Below are positions 52,677 to 64,000 of a stretch of DNA of 64,000 bases, piece by piece. Every line of letters begins with the position of its first letter. Within the stretch, counting starts at the first letter, position 1. Position numbers and translations under genes: made by a program. Under the pieces are notes generated by a model, which searched no databases, had not been told where the DNA came from, and saw nothing but the letters and a program-made list of their open reading frames with translations. Source of the stretch: Guillardia theta CCMP2712 (taxonomy: Eukaryota > Protista > Cryptophyta); assembly GCF_000315625.1 (NCBI RefSeq), contig NW_005434622.1, positions 62,001 to 126,000 of the forward strand. Direction: 5' to 3'.

Positions 52677-55600
52677 GGGGCAGGAGGGTAGGATGAGGCT
52701 CACAATCTTGAAAGGTAGCTGTTCCTTTTCTCAGCGCTGCTGCCCCTCCGTTGGCCGAGTAGCTATCGAGAAAGAGACAGTCGGCGAACAATGAGCTGCG
52801 GAATGATGAGAGGAGAGGAGAGGAGAGAGGAGAGGGGAAGAGAGAGGAGAGAGGAGAGAGGAGAGAGGAGAGAGGAGAGAGGAGAGAGGAGAGAGGAGAG
52901 AGGAGAGGAGGGGAGGGGAGGGGAGGGGAGGGGAGAGGAGAGGAGGGGAGGGGAGAGGAGGGGGAAGGGAGCGTTCACCTTCCGTTAGCGTCCAGCATGA
53001 CGGCTCCTCCCGCGTAGAGCGACCGACAGACTTGAAAGCAGCAGGAGGTGACGAGCACCGGCTGCTTGACCACCAGGGCTCCGCCGTACCTGCAGGCAGT
53101 TGAGGCGACACGAGGAGAACAGGAGGGGAGGACACTAAGGGACGAGGAGAGATGGTACGAGGAGGAAGAGGAGAGCAGCACCAGCAGCACCAGCACCAGC
53201 AGGAGCAAGAGGGTAAGAGGGTGAGGGGTGAAGGAATTGAGAGCGAGGAGGAGACGGCAGGTGCGAGAAGAGAGCTTACTCTGATGAGCAGTTGAGGAAC
53301 GTCAGTCCTCTCAGCTCGGAGACCGAAGGAGAGCATGAAGACGCTGAGGAGGAGGAGGTAGAGGAGGCAGACGGATCGAAAGTGTTCCATTTCTTCCGAT
53401 CCCCGAAACTCTCGTCGCACGAGTCCCGTATCCTGCTCTCAAGGTGCTTGCGGAGGAGGACTGCGGGTCCTCCGCCCTCGCAGTCGATGACAGGAGCCTT
53501 GGGGTCGCAGATCTCCGTGTGCGCGGAGGGGAGGAGCGATCGGACCAGCAGCTGTTTGTCGCGCAGGTCCAGCCGCGTGTTGTTGCGTCCTGAGTAGACG
53601 CCGGGGAGGACGAGGATAGTAGAGCCGCTGGTGCTGATGTCTATTGAATGCTGCAAGCTCTTGCAAGGGTCCTTCTGACTGCCGCAGCCAAGGTGATCCG
53701 CCCCTGAGGAGGAGGACACGAACACATCCTTGCTGGGGGTCTGAAGGGAGGAAGGGGAGGAGGAGGCGTTGGTGAGGAGGAAGAGGTCGAAGGCGATCGA
53801 GTCTGTTCCCGCAGGTGAGCTGCCGCTGTCGTCGGAGTATCCCGTGTTGCCAAGGTCAGAGACGGTGACGAGAAGTTTCGCCGTCCTCGTTCCCCTGCTG
53901 GCGGCTGGCGGCTGAAGCCAGAGGGAGGAGAGGGCGGAGGAGACTTGCGAGAAGAGGCCGAGGAGCGAGACGTAGGTGCTGTTGCTGGGAGAGCCCAGGA
54001 AGGGGAGGGAGGGAGGGAGGTTGACGATGCTGAAGGTGATTTGATCGTCATTGCTGCGACTTCTCATCAGGGTTGCGACTTTCGAGGGTGAAGGAAGTAC
54101 AAGAGAAGAGAAGAAAACGAGAGGAGGAGAAGGAGAAGGAGAAGGAGAAGGAGGATGTTGGACCTGTCTTGTAACAAGGAGATGTTCACTTGAATCGTCC
54201 CTTCGTTGGTCAACTTGTCCCATCTTGGCCAGTTGACATCAATATCCTCAATGGAGATGCCGGAGAGGTATCTTCCTCCTCCTCCTGCCAACCTTTCACT
54301 TACTGGCAACTCCTCTCCTCCTCTTCGCCATCTCCTCTCCTCCTCCTCCCATTCTCTGCTCTCTTCCTCCTTTCGTTCTCTTGCAGAACTCAACTTCCCT
54401 CCCCACCTCGTTCCTCTTCCTCCTCTCATCTCCTCTCCTCTCACCAGCGACCAGCTCCATCCACTTGGGGCCTGGGTAGAGCAGGCGAGGAGCAGAGTTG
54501 AACGGCCCAACTCGCAGGTCGAGCGACACTTTCTGCACGTACGTCCTGGCCCCGAGCTCCCCCGTGTACCCGAGGTCATCGACCGTGACAGCGATGCCGT
54601 CATGCTCTGAGCAGGAGGAGGCTCCGCAAGGCGTCGAGCTTGCGATGTTGACCTGGACGGCTCGCATTGCCTGCTGGACGAGCATGGAAGGGCCGTGGAG
54701 GACGAGAGGATTGTCCTGCTTGCCATCTCCCAGCGGCAGCACGAGAGCGTCTGGTCGGTCGAGGAGGGTGAAAGAACCTCGAGTGATATTGTAGGTGACC
54801 TGTGCTCACATGAGATGAACTGGACGGGAGGAAGCAGCGGGCAGAAGGAGGAGGCAGGAGGCAGGAGGCAGGAGGCAGGAGGCAGGAGGCAGGAGGCAGG
54901 AGGAAAGAAGGAGGAGGGTAGGAGGTAGTCAGGAGAGACCGTGACGTGGCTGGAACGGGAGGCGTTGGTTTCTTGAGTTTGGTTGAAGGCAAGGAAATCG
55001 TCGTCGAAGAACTCAACGCCAGTAAGGAGGAAGGAGGAGCCGACCTGGACCTGCCGCTGCGGGAGGGGGACGTAGAGGAAGGGCCTCGCATCGATCCTCC
55101 TGACAAGACGCAGGTCGACCATCTGCTGGGCAGCAGGAGGCGCTCCGCTGACGTAGCAGAGCGAGCTCGTGGGCTGCTTCCTGTATGCTACCGAGTTGGT
55201 CACGTAGGGACGGACAGGGTCGATGACGGGGGGAGCGGAGAAGAGAAAGATGGTTGGGAAGGGGAGAACGACGGGCTGCCGTCCTATGAGAGGAACGGTC
55301 TTCTGCAGCATGGCGACCGAAAGGGCGCTGGGCTCGAGCTGCTGGAAGCCGAAACAGTTGGGGTCCCTATGGCACCGATCCTTGGCCTCCTGCAGCGACC
55401 AGGAGCCGCTCTGGTACATGCTGTCGAACCTCCACATCTCATCCTCGGACCTCACGAACTCGTGCGCTAGAGGATACTCCTCGACCGTGATGCGGAGGAT
55501 GTTGCTGCCCAGCAGGTGGGGAGGAGCTTGGAGGGTCACCTAGCAAAAATAGTCATGACGAAGGGAGGAAGAGTAGGAGAAGGAGGAGAGGAGGAGAGGA

Positions 55601-57338
55601 GGAGTGACGAAGGGAGGAAGAGGAGGAGAGGAGGAGAGGAGGAGAGGAGGAGAGGAGGAGTGACGAAGGGAGGAAGAGGAGGAGAGGAGGAGAGGAGGAG
55701 AGGAGGAGAAGAGGAGAGGAGGACGAGGACGAGGACGAGAAGGAGGGAAGATGGAGGCATCACATTTGACAGGGCTACGTTGACATCCTCCCAGCTCCCA
55801 GTGAAGAGAATCCTATAGCTCTCCACGTCCGCCTCCTCCTTGTTGTGACTGTAGTCTGGCCAGAAGGTAAGAGACTGGACGGCCCCAACCCGGACCGTTG
55901 GGTTCAAGGCCTGACACTGCGCGGGAGCGTAGCGACATTCAAACCAGTCCGGGAAGAAAGCTTCTCCTCGGGCCTGGTGGAGAGTGAGAGAGCGCTGCGA
56001 GACAAGATGTGAAGGAGCAGTGAAGGGAAGAGAACAGGCTGGAGGACTAAAATCGAGAAGGAGAAAGAGGAGAGAGGAGAGGAGGAGGTGGTGGTGACAA
56101 GTGAATCAGAGGGAGTGATTGTGTGGGACAATAGGGTCGAATGAGCATAAGATGATCAGGACAGCAAGTCGAAGAAGAATAACGAGCGAGTCAGGAGCAC
56201 AAACAAGGTCTCCTACCGCAGGGAAGTTCATCCTGCTTGCGTTTGCGTTCTGAACGCTGACAGTGACCTTGAGTGTCTGCTGCTGCTCCGAGCATCTCGA
56301 CGTCTCCACCTGAAACCTGAAGCTCTTGGTAATTTTTCCTCCAACAGCTGCAGACGCGTCCGAGTACACCGCGGGAGCATCGGGCCTCACAAACAGAGCA
56401 CAGGGGGTCCAGGCCATCTCCGACTGCACTGAGTCGCAGGGGGGAGGGACCCACTCGAAGGGCAGTGAAACCTCCTCTCCGTTGTACAGGTGCGAGAACG
56501 AGCCCTGAGGGTAAGTCAGCCCGTGCTGAACAAGGCGGGCAAGTCACCTGCCACTGAAACTTGTCCGTGTCGTAAGTCGATCGCTCGTCCTTGATGAAGT
56601 GAGAGATCGTGGGCGGGTTGTCCGTTAGCGCGACCCTGCTCGAGACGGGGATGCTCTGCTCGCAGAGACCGCTGGCGACAGACACGTGGACAAGGAGCTC
56701 GTTAGGAGTGGAGGACCGGAAGGACCACTGCTGCTGCAGAAGCTGAGGAAGAACGAGATCAGTGTGAACCGAAAGCAGGAGAAGCATCTTGTTGGCTCCT
56801 ACCATATCGCTCAGAGCTTTGAGAGTCCCGACGATGCGGACTGCTGCTTGCCCGTTGTCTGAGCCACCTGAGAACCGAGGGGGCAGGGGCTGACTCTGTT
56901 CGAACCAGAAGAGAGGCTCGAAGTTGAGCATGACCTCGTCCGCTACTTGAACCTGCCAACCGCATCTCACAGCACGCCGACTTTCCCCCTCGAGCCAAGG
57001 GAACGCACCTGGTCGATGTGTTGCCGGATCGGAAGGATCCCTTGCTGCACCGTAGGCAAGAACAAGTTGATGGATGTGCTAGCGTTAGCACCAACAGAGA
57101 CGTTGAATGCGATCTCAATCTCCTCCTCCTCCTGCACTCCAACCGCCTGCAGCTGAATCGCCGGCATAGTTAAGTTCATGTCCTCCCCGATTGTGTAGGC
57201 AGTCTGGCCAGAGGGCAAGGGGTCGAGCAGGGTGATCAGACAGCTCCTGGAAGGCTCCACCGGCCAGGGACAAGCGAGGAGGATGAGGAGAAGGGGGAGG
57301 AGGATGGAACAGCTGAGCCTGCGGGATGAGACGAGCAT
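52090..57338 (-). CDS. Large secreted/surface protein with Ig/cadherin-like modules and a pectin-lyase-like beta-helix with GGA(I/L/V) repeats; 3' end uncertain
   Basis: Signal peptide MLVSSRRLSCSILLPLLLILLAC. Modules VTVDDLGYTG and VTVSDLGNTG. VFVSSSSGADHLGCGSQKDPCKSLQHSI..ILVLPGVYSG. Repeats YGGALVV, AGGAVML, NGGAAAL, DGGALFV and LGGAIFV. Confidence 0.75.
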
Positions 57339-57544
57339 CCGAGTCTGACGACTCGGAACCGGTCGCTACGGTCCTCGTGGTAGTACTACGGTAACCGGGG
57401 GACCCTCCTTGCTGTAGTCTCCGAGCAGCCTCCTCGCAGCCTCCTCGTGACACTCATCATCATACACGATCGACTCAGTCAATCTGTGAGTGAAAGGATT
57501 GACAGCCGTTGAGTTCATTTTGACAAACGAAGTCACAGCAGTTC

Positions 57545-57935
57545 TCTCTTTACTCAAAGTTTTAAGTTAAAATCAGTCCTGAGTTCTCTCAGGTTGATGG
57601 GCAAAGTAACTTGCTCAAGTGAAAAGTTTGGGGGACAGTAGTTGGCCGTATAGGGTTGGTTTTCACTGTCTTTTACCTTCTCGCAGTATGGCGTGCCCGC
57701 CTGCCAGTAGTGAGTGTCCATTTTTTCAACCTTCACTTAAAACTGTGCGCAGGACCATTCCTCCGGGCCGCGCCGCGCTGGCAGCAAAGGACAGGGAGGC
57801 CTCACTGTGATTGTCCTCGTCGGCTCTCAGGCGCCGGGCCCGGGCCGCGCCGGACCCGGTGACCGTCTGGCCGGGCCCGGCCGGGCGGCGGATCGGCGGA
57901 CTCGGGACGGTGGTAGGCTAGCGTACCCCGGTGAG
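57545..57935. repeat. Dispersed modular repeat, copy E
   Basis: CTTTACTCAAAGTTTTAAGTTAAAATCAGT at 57548. 57624-57675 is a near reverse complement of 38688-38739. CCTTCACTTAA at 57730 is followed by a GC arm. Confidence 0.75.
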
Positions 57936-58420
57936 TTCACTGCCGCAGTCTGACACATGAAGAGGGGTGGTCAGAGGTCTGGGTGGGTCCATTGAAAGCC
58001 AGGGTGATTGAACGGAGGGTGGGTAGTCGCATGACAATGACAAAAGTTTTATGGGGTGGCGAAATTTTGGGGGTAGTAGGCGAGATGTACGGGTACTGTA
58101 GTAGTAGGAGGGGTGCTAGAAACAAACTCGGGTAGGGGTCATTGCTTGGTAGGTGGGGTAGCAAGGGTCCTGAACGTGCGTGGGCCCACTGGAGAAAACT
58201 TTTGACTAAAACCTCAAATACCATCAAGGGTCAATATGCTTCTCACAATATTAACTCAACAAAAATAATCCTAAATATTTGTACTGTATTATTGGTATAA
58301 ACATATTTGCTACTAAGAAAATGGTTAATGGGTGGGTCTAATCACTAATTTAGAACTTTCACGGATTAACCCCTTTCGAAAAACTGGGCTGAAGGGCGAG
58401 GAAAAAACCGCGGTGGCGCC

Positions 58421-60865
58421 ATGGATTTGTCGAAAGTGGCGTCGTTGAAGGCAAGTGGGCTATGGAGATGGCAGGGCATAATGCACATGAATGTTGAGAT
58501 TGTGCTTAAACATGCTGTTCTGCCTTCAAAGTTCTTCCTTCCTTCTGTGTCATAAATCAGAATTTCGTTGCCTTCGCCAGTGCGATGGATATTTCTCTGT
58601 CACGTGTTGGAAACTATTTCTACTGTTTGTTTGCCAGGAGACATGTGTATTGTGCATTGAGATGTTCTCATTTGATGTTGTGATAGAGTGGGATTGTTTT
58701 TTTATGTTGAAGGTATTGCGACTTTCTCGGTTCACTTACCGTACTGGATCCACTTTTACATGAACGAAATAGTGTTGTGTAGGAGATCTCCCTGCTTGAT
58801 CCTCTATGCTGCCAACCAATCATTGGCAAGTAGATCATCATGGTGTTGTCTGCTGTGACTCTGAGCTTCTCTGATTGGATAAATCGGTCCTGACTCCCGG
58901 TGCCAGGTTGTAGAACTCAAGAAGGAGCTTGAGTCGAGGGGCCTTGATTCGAAAGGCTTGAAAGCGGACCTCGTTGCGAGGCTTTCAGAGGCCTTGAAGA
59001 ACGAGCAAGGTTGAGCAGCGTGCGATGCACCGCTAGAAAGCTGATGCTGGCTTGCAGGACCTGACTCGGAGGCTGGAACGAAGGAGCCGTCGGTAGTGGA
59101 AAGCAATTCTGAGGCGAAGGAGTCAAGTGCGAGCGATGCCAAGGATGTGAATGGCATAGATGCTGATAGCAAGCAGCCAAGTCAGCCTGCAGATGAGTCG
59201 CAAGCGGATGTGAAGCCTCCAGCGGAAGTGGCTGCTCCTGCCAAAGATGCCCCAGCAACCAAGAGTCGGCTGAGAAAGGCGATGATGCTTCTGGAAAGAG
59301 GACAAGGGAGGAAGATGATGATGAAGACGCCAGCAAGAGATCAAAGGCAGACGATTCACAAGCGCCTGCTGCCAATGAAGCGCAGGTGGGGTCCAGGTGG
59401 GAGGAGGAATTGTTGACTGACGTTGTTTACAGGCCCATGTCGGACCACCTTCCTATCCGCCTCCAGGTACTTCAACTTCACCGTCGTTTCATACTTGACA
59501 CCCTGACGATCCTGCCTCTTGTGCAGCGAGCTCTGCGCCTGGCGATGCACAGCCAACCCACGACGCCACGGCGACTGCTGCTGCGCTCCCTCCTCCAGCC
59601 TATCCCCCTCCTGGCCAAGCCCCTCCAGCGTATCCTCCACCTGCTGGAGCCCCTCCATACGCTCCTCCTTCTGAACAGCCTCCTTCATATGATAATGCAC
59701 AAGCTGCTGGCCAGGTAAACACACGACATTCTTCCTCCTTCGTATCTGAAAAAGATTCTAGCAGGCAGATTCCAATCAGCAGGTAACCCGCTGTTGGATT
59801 CATGTTGATGTTTACAAGCTGACGTTTGTGTTTCTCTCCTACCCGTCACTGCACAGGCATACTATGATCCGAACTATGCGTGAGTCAAGTCTTTCTCTGA
59901 CGAAATAAATTTGACATTTTTATCGAACGAAGGTATTATTGGCAACAATACAATTACGCGCAATATTATCAAGGTTACGGTGCATATCCTGGTTATGGTA
60001 AACATTGGCATCTTTTCTTGTCTTCATACTAAATTGTTGCTGTAGAGCAATACGGGGGAGCAGGGGTGACTCAAACGGTTGTGGTGGAGGTGCCTAACGA
60101 CAAAGTTGGCCTGGTGATCGGAAAGGGCGGTTGTACCATCAAGGAGCTGCAACAGCGCACTGGTTGTAAGATGCAAATCACGCCTGATGCAGCCTGGGCT
60201 GGCAAGTCAGATCCAAGACCGATACAGCTGCAAGGAACTGAGCAGCAGATTTATTGGGTGGAGCAGCTGATCGCCGAGAAGATCAACATTCCGATTGAAA
60301 ACATCCTTCAGACGCAACAGGTCAAGCCTGGCCTACCACCTCCAGCAGATATGGGGCTTGCCCAATACGGGATGCCTCCTCCTTATGGTTGAATCTTGAC
60401 TTGTTGTTCCTGCTTGTTTCTCACCCTCCTTCCCAGGGGCCCCGACAGCCGACCCACCTGTGGGCGCTTTCCAGACTTTCATCATCAAGGTCCCCAACGA
60501 CAAGGTTGGGCTGGTGATCGGAAAAGGTGGATGTACTATCAAGGAGATTCAACAGCGATCTGGAGTCAAGATGCAAATCACTCCCGATGCCGCTTGGGCT
60601 GGAAGGGCGGAACCCAGACCAGTCCAGGTCCAGGGAACCTCACAGCAGATCTACTGGGCGAAGTATTTGATCGCTGAGAAAGTCAATTTACCGATCGAAC
60701 AGCTTGAGACAGTCGAGGCACCACCAGGTCGAACAGTGACAGATCCTGTTTGTTTGAATTCATCCACCTTTCGATCTCCTTTCTTTCCTTGTTTCCTTGT
60801 TGTGAACGTTGCAATCTTTTGCTGCAAGCCGCTGAATATTTTTTTTTTGCTTTACAGGTAGTTAG
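58421..60865 (+). CDS. SAP-domain + two KH-domain RNA-binding protein (FUBP/KHSRP-like KH)
   Basis: MDLSKVASLK|VVELKKELESRGLDSKGLKADLVARLSEAL (SAP), a P/Y/G-rich linker, and two VPNDKVGLVIGKGGCTIKE KH domains. Confidence 0.88.
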
Positions 60866-61761
60866 GATTCTTTGAATATTGTAAAATGTGAAAGCGGGGA
60901 ACCCATCGAAGAGCAATGAATCGATTGCTTGATCAAGAAATAAATCTGGATGTTTGCGACCGCTTAGTCGCAAAACCCGAAAGAAGTGGCAGGTTTCTTT
61001 AGAATACAATTTCTTTTGATTCACTTGCATTGCTTCTTTTTCTTGATTTTCTCTCTCTTTCGCTTCAAGCACTTGACCTGTTGTTATTTTTTTCATTCAG
61101 CTTCATTCACGCGCTATTGTGAGACGGAACAGTATTACCTCTCCTCTTGTGCTTATCATTTGCTTTCAATGGCACCGCTTTGCACTCACATTATGCTATT
61201 GGCAAATCGACAGAGGGAGGACATATGACAGCGGAAGTTTTGAAAACAGTCACGTAAGACAATCATCAATTCTCGTGTTTCTCGCTTGCAAAGTCACTTT
61301 GGTGCTGTGTTGGAGATCTCTGCTTGTTGGTTTCTCACTGATTGGTTTCACCTGTGACTGCTGTGGACATGCTGTGATACTGAAATATCTTTGCAGCGAC
61401 GTAGCTCGGCATGCGATCGTGCCTGAGTCAGTTGGACCACCACAGGCAATTGAAAGATGTTGATTTGCAATCTTGTTTCCCAACCATGGCCAACGTCTCA
61501 GCAATGACGTTTTTTGTGTTTAGGCTCTTGACGATTAGAAGCAGACAGCCTCTGACTTCATCCGCCTGTCGCTAACACGAACCTTAACAGACAAGCTGAG
61601 ACTGTGATCAGCTTGATTGACATGTCGGGTGGTGAATGAGGGTGTGGAGATCGGGAGGGCTAGTTGAGGAGGGCAGTCAAGAACGAGTTTTCCTCTCTTG
61701 TCTCTTCGGCTTTCAGTCTCTGAGATTAAACACTCGATGCGCTTGCAGCCGTTAAATCTCG

Positions 61762-63570
61762 TCAGGCGAGGCGGAGGCGCAGGAATGTCATGTCGTTGTC
61801 CACGGTTTGAGGAGGTGCAGGTCCGAAGAGGAATCGGGTGAGAGTCTTGGCGTCGATCTTGTACACGTTGAAGGCATAGGATGGCTAGCAGGGTAAGAGG
61901 GGGAGGGGGAAAAAATCAGGAGCTACCTGGGCATGCGGCTTCATCTCTCGGAAGAAGGAGCACAACCTAGCGAGCCCTGGAAGCAGGTCAGGAGCTGCAG
62001 GAGCAGGAGCAGGAGATGACGAAATCCGTCGATCCAGGAGAGCATCTTAGGCATGTCGTGGAGGACCTGAACCTGCTCCTGCCGTCACCTCGGACTAGAC
62101 TTCCTCGTGCTTGCCTGCCCCGTCACGAGCTGCGTCCGAAGATGCTCCGAGACGGTGAGCAGCCGGATGAGAAACCTCGCCTGCCTCCTGCGACATGTTG
62201 GGTGGCGCCGACAGCGGCATGGTTGGACCTGTAGACGAGCTCGTAGTGCGCGTTCCAGTTGCCAGGCGCGTGACTGTTGTAGACGGGCTGGAGCATGCTG
62301 GCGCCAATGCAGAAGTAGCCGGGGAAGAGAAGGACATTGACCTCCTGCGAGAGGGAGGAGGAGGAGGAGGAAGAGGGGGAGGAGGAGGAGGAGGAGGGTC
62401 ACGCAGACAGGACCGCGGGAGGGCGAGGTGGCAGACAGCAGGTGGTGGAAGGGTGAGGAGGGGGGAGGAGGAGAAGTCAGGGAGTAAAGATAGAAGAGCG
62501 AGGACGATGCCTGTATGTGCCTTGGCCGTGACACCCCCGAGACCGAACTGCGAGGGAGGATGAGGAGGGAGAGGGGGAGGAAACGACTGCAAACCTATGC
62601 AAGTGATAGACAGAGAAGTTTGAGTTGCTGCTGATGCCATGGCTCGGGGGGTTTCCTAAGACTTTGTGAGAAATGCTGCGATTGACGAGGGCAGGAGCAG
62701 AGGGAGGAGGTGGAAAGGGAGATGGAGGAGACAAATCGAAGGAGAGCGAGGAGGAAGAGAGAAGAGTAGGAGAAGAGATACAGGAGGAGGTGGAGAGGTG
62801 AAACTGCAGAGCGAATAGGAGCAGGAGGAGTGAGCAGAGGCGGGAGGGAAAGGTGCATACCAAGACCGAAGTAGGAGACGTAGAAGACTGGTCTTTGTTC
62901 GCTTGTTGCGTTCGAGCGGATCCTTTCCGTCTCCTCCGTCATGAAAGTCTTGAGAGCTGGGAGACCCTGGAGGAGCAGGGGGTGAGCTGGAGTAGTCACG
63001 TGCTCTAGAGCTCTACCTGCCCCCAGTCAAGGGAGCTGTCGACGAGGTGGCCGAACCCCAGCTGGGGACCTCCAGCGAGGCGGTTGAAGAAGGGGATGAA
63101 GTAGGGGAAGGAGCTTAGGACCTCTGCTGATACCGCCATGGTCGCAGCTACGATGGAGAGGAGGAGGAGGAGGAGGAGCGAGCGAGGAGCCGAGGCGGAG
63201 TCCCATCCTCGAAGCAACTTACCGCAGAGGCCGCAAAGGATGTAGAGGGGAGGGTACACAGGGAGCATGTGCCTGTGCCCGATGTTGAGGTTCTGGTTGA
63301 CGGCGACGAGGGAGTAGATGAAGATCAGAACGAGAAGTGGGGTCATGCGCCGCAGGAACCGACGGAGGTCTCCTCCTGGCGACGACAGGATGAGCATGCA
63401 GACGGCGAGGGAGAGGAGGAGGAAGACTCCACTGGGAGTCTTGACGAGCATGGCGTACGGAAAGAAGAAGCGCCAGCCCGCTGTGCCATGCTCCCCTGCG
63501 AGGAAGCAAGCTCGAGCGTTGGTGCTGCAACAAATTGTGAGTAGAGATGTACGAGGGCGAGAGCGAGAAA

Positions 63571-63603
<33 letters not shown>

Positions 63604-64000
63604 ACGAGCGACGCTTGCCTGAGGAACGCGTAGCTCATGCCGTATAGCAGAGCTTCAGGAAGGAGCTTGTGCTTCTTCGCGAGCTGGACCAGCAGTTGCG
63701 GAATTCCTTCCAGCTTGCCGTGCTGACTGCCGAGACCTGCGTCCCAGTTGCTCTTCCACTGCCGACACTCGAGGTGATTGAAGGCGGAAAAGCGGAAGCC
63801 ATAGCAGCCCCAGACAGCAAGAAAGGAGCAGGCGACTGCGACGGCTACAGCGAGGAGGAGGAGGAGGAGGCGACTGAGGATCTTTCTGCTGCACAAGGCC
63901 GGGAGCTTGAGAAGGAGGAGGAGAAGGGCGATGGGAGCCATGATCACCCCGCTGTGCTTCGCGACAATGACAGACCCCACGCTGCATCCTGCGACGAGAG
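61762..64000 (-). CDS. 3' part of a polytopic GT-C glycosyltransferase (GT39/ArnT/PMT-like)
   Basis: AKHSG, WRFFFPYAMLVKTP, LNIGHRHMLPVYP, FIPFFNRLAGGPQLGFGHLVDSSLDWGQ|GLPALK, and multiple TM segments. Confidence 0.8.

Overview
Eukaryotic nuclear DNA: gene-dense, with short (mostly ~45-60 nt) GT-AG and occasional GC-AG introns, CTGAC branch points, many introns inflated by purine/pyrimidine microsatellites, and two 100-N gaps. The style plus paired RWP-RK genes fits a cryptophyte such as Guillardia theta (inference). Sixteen protein genes were reconstructed by eye, so exon boundaries are approximate: a partial type II membrane protein, a MARK/SNF1-type kinase, an ~11.5 kb gene combining a cNMP-binding domain, a NACHT-type STAND NTPase and PATROL1/Munc13-like helical segments, an R3H protein, an Rdx-like+LRR protein, a calpain with three domain-III repeats, two convergent RWP-RK factors, a secreted PAN-like protein, an EF-hand protein, a sulfotransferase-like protein, a Spinster-like MFS transporter, DEK, a coiled-coil protein, PI4K-III beta and a large secreted GGA-repeat/Ig-like protein; the window then ends with two more, a SAP+2xKH protein and a partial GT39/ArnT-like glycosyltransferase (18 in all). 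Most ORF-track entries are microsatellite or antisense artefacts. Best leads: the cNMP-NACHT-MUN-like protein, a modular repeat family found upstream of genes and once in an intron, a ~1 kb TIR-bounded element, and strand-oriented GGGGTA tracts upstream of genes.
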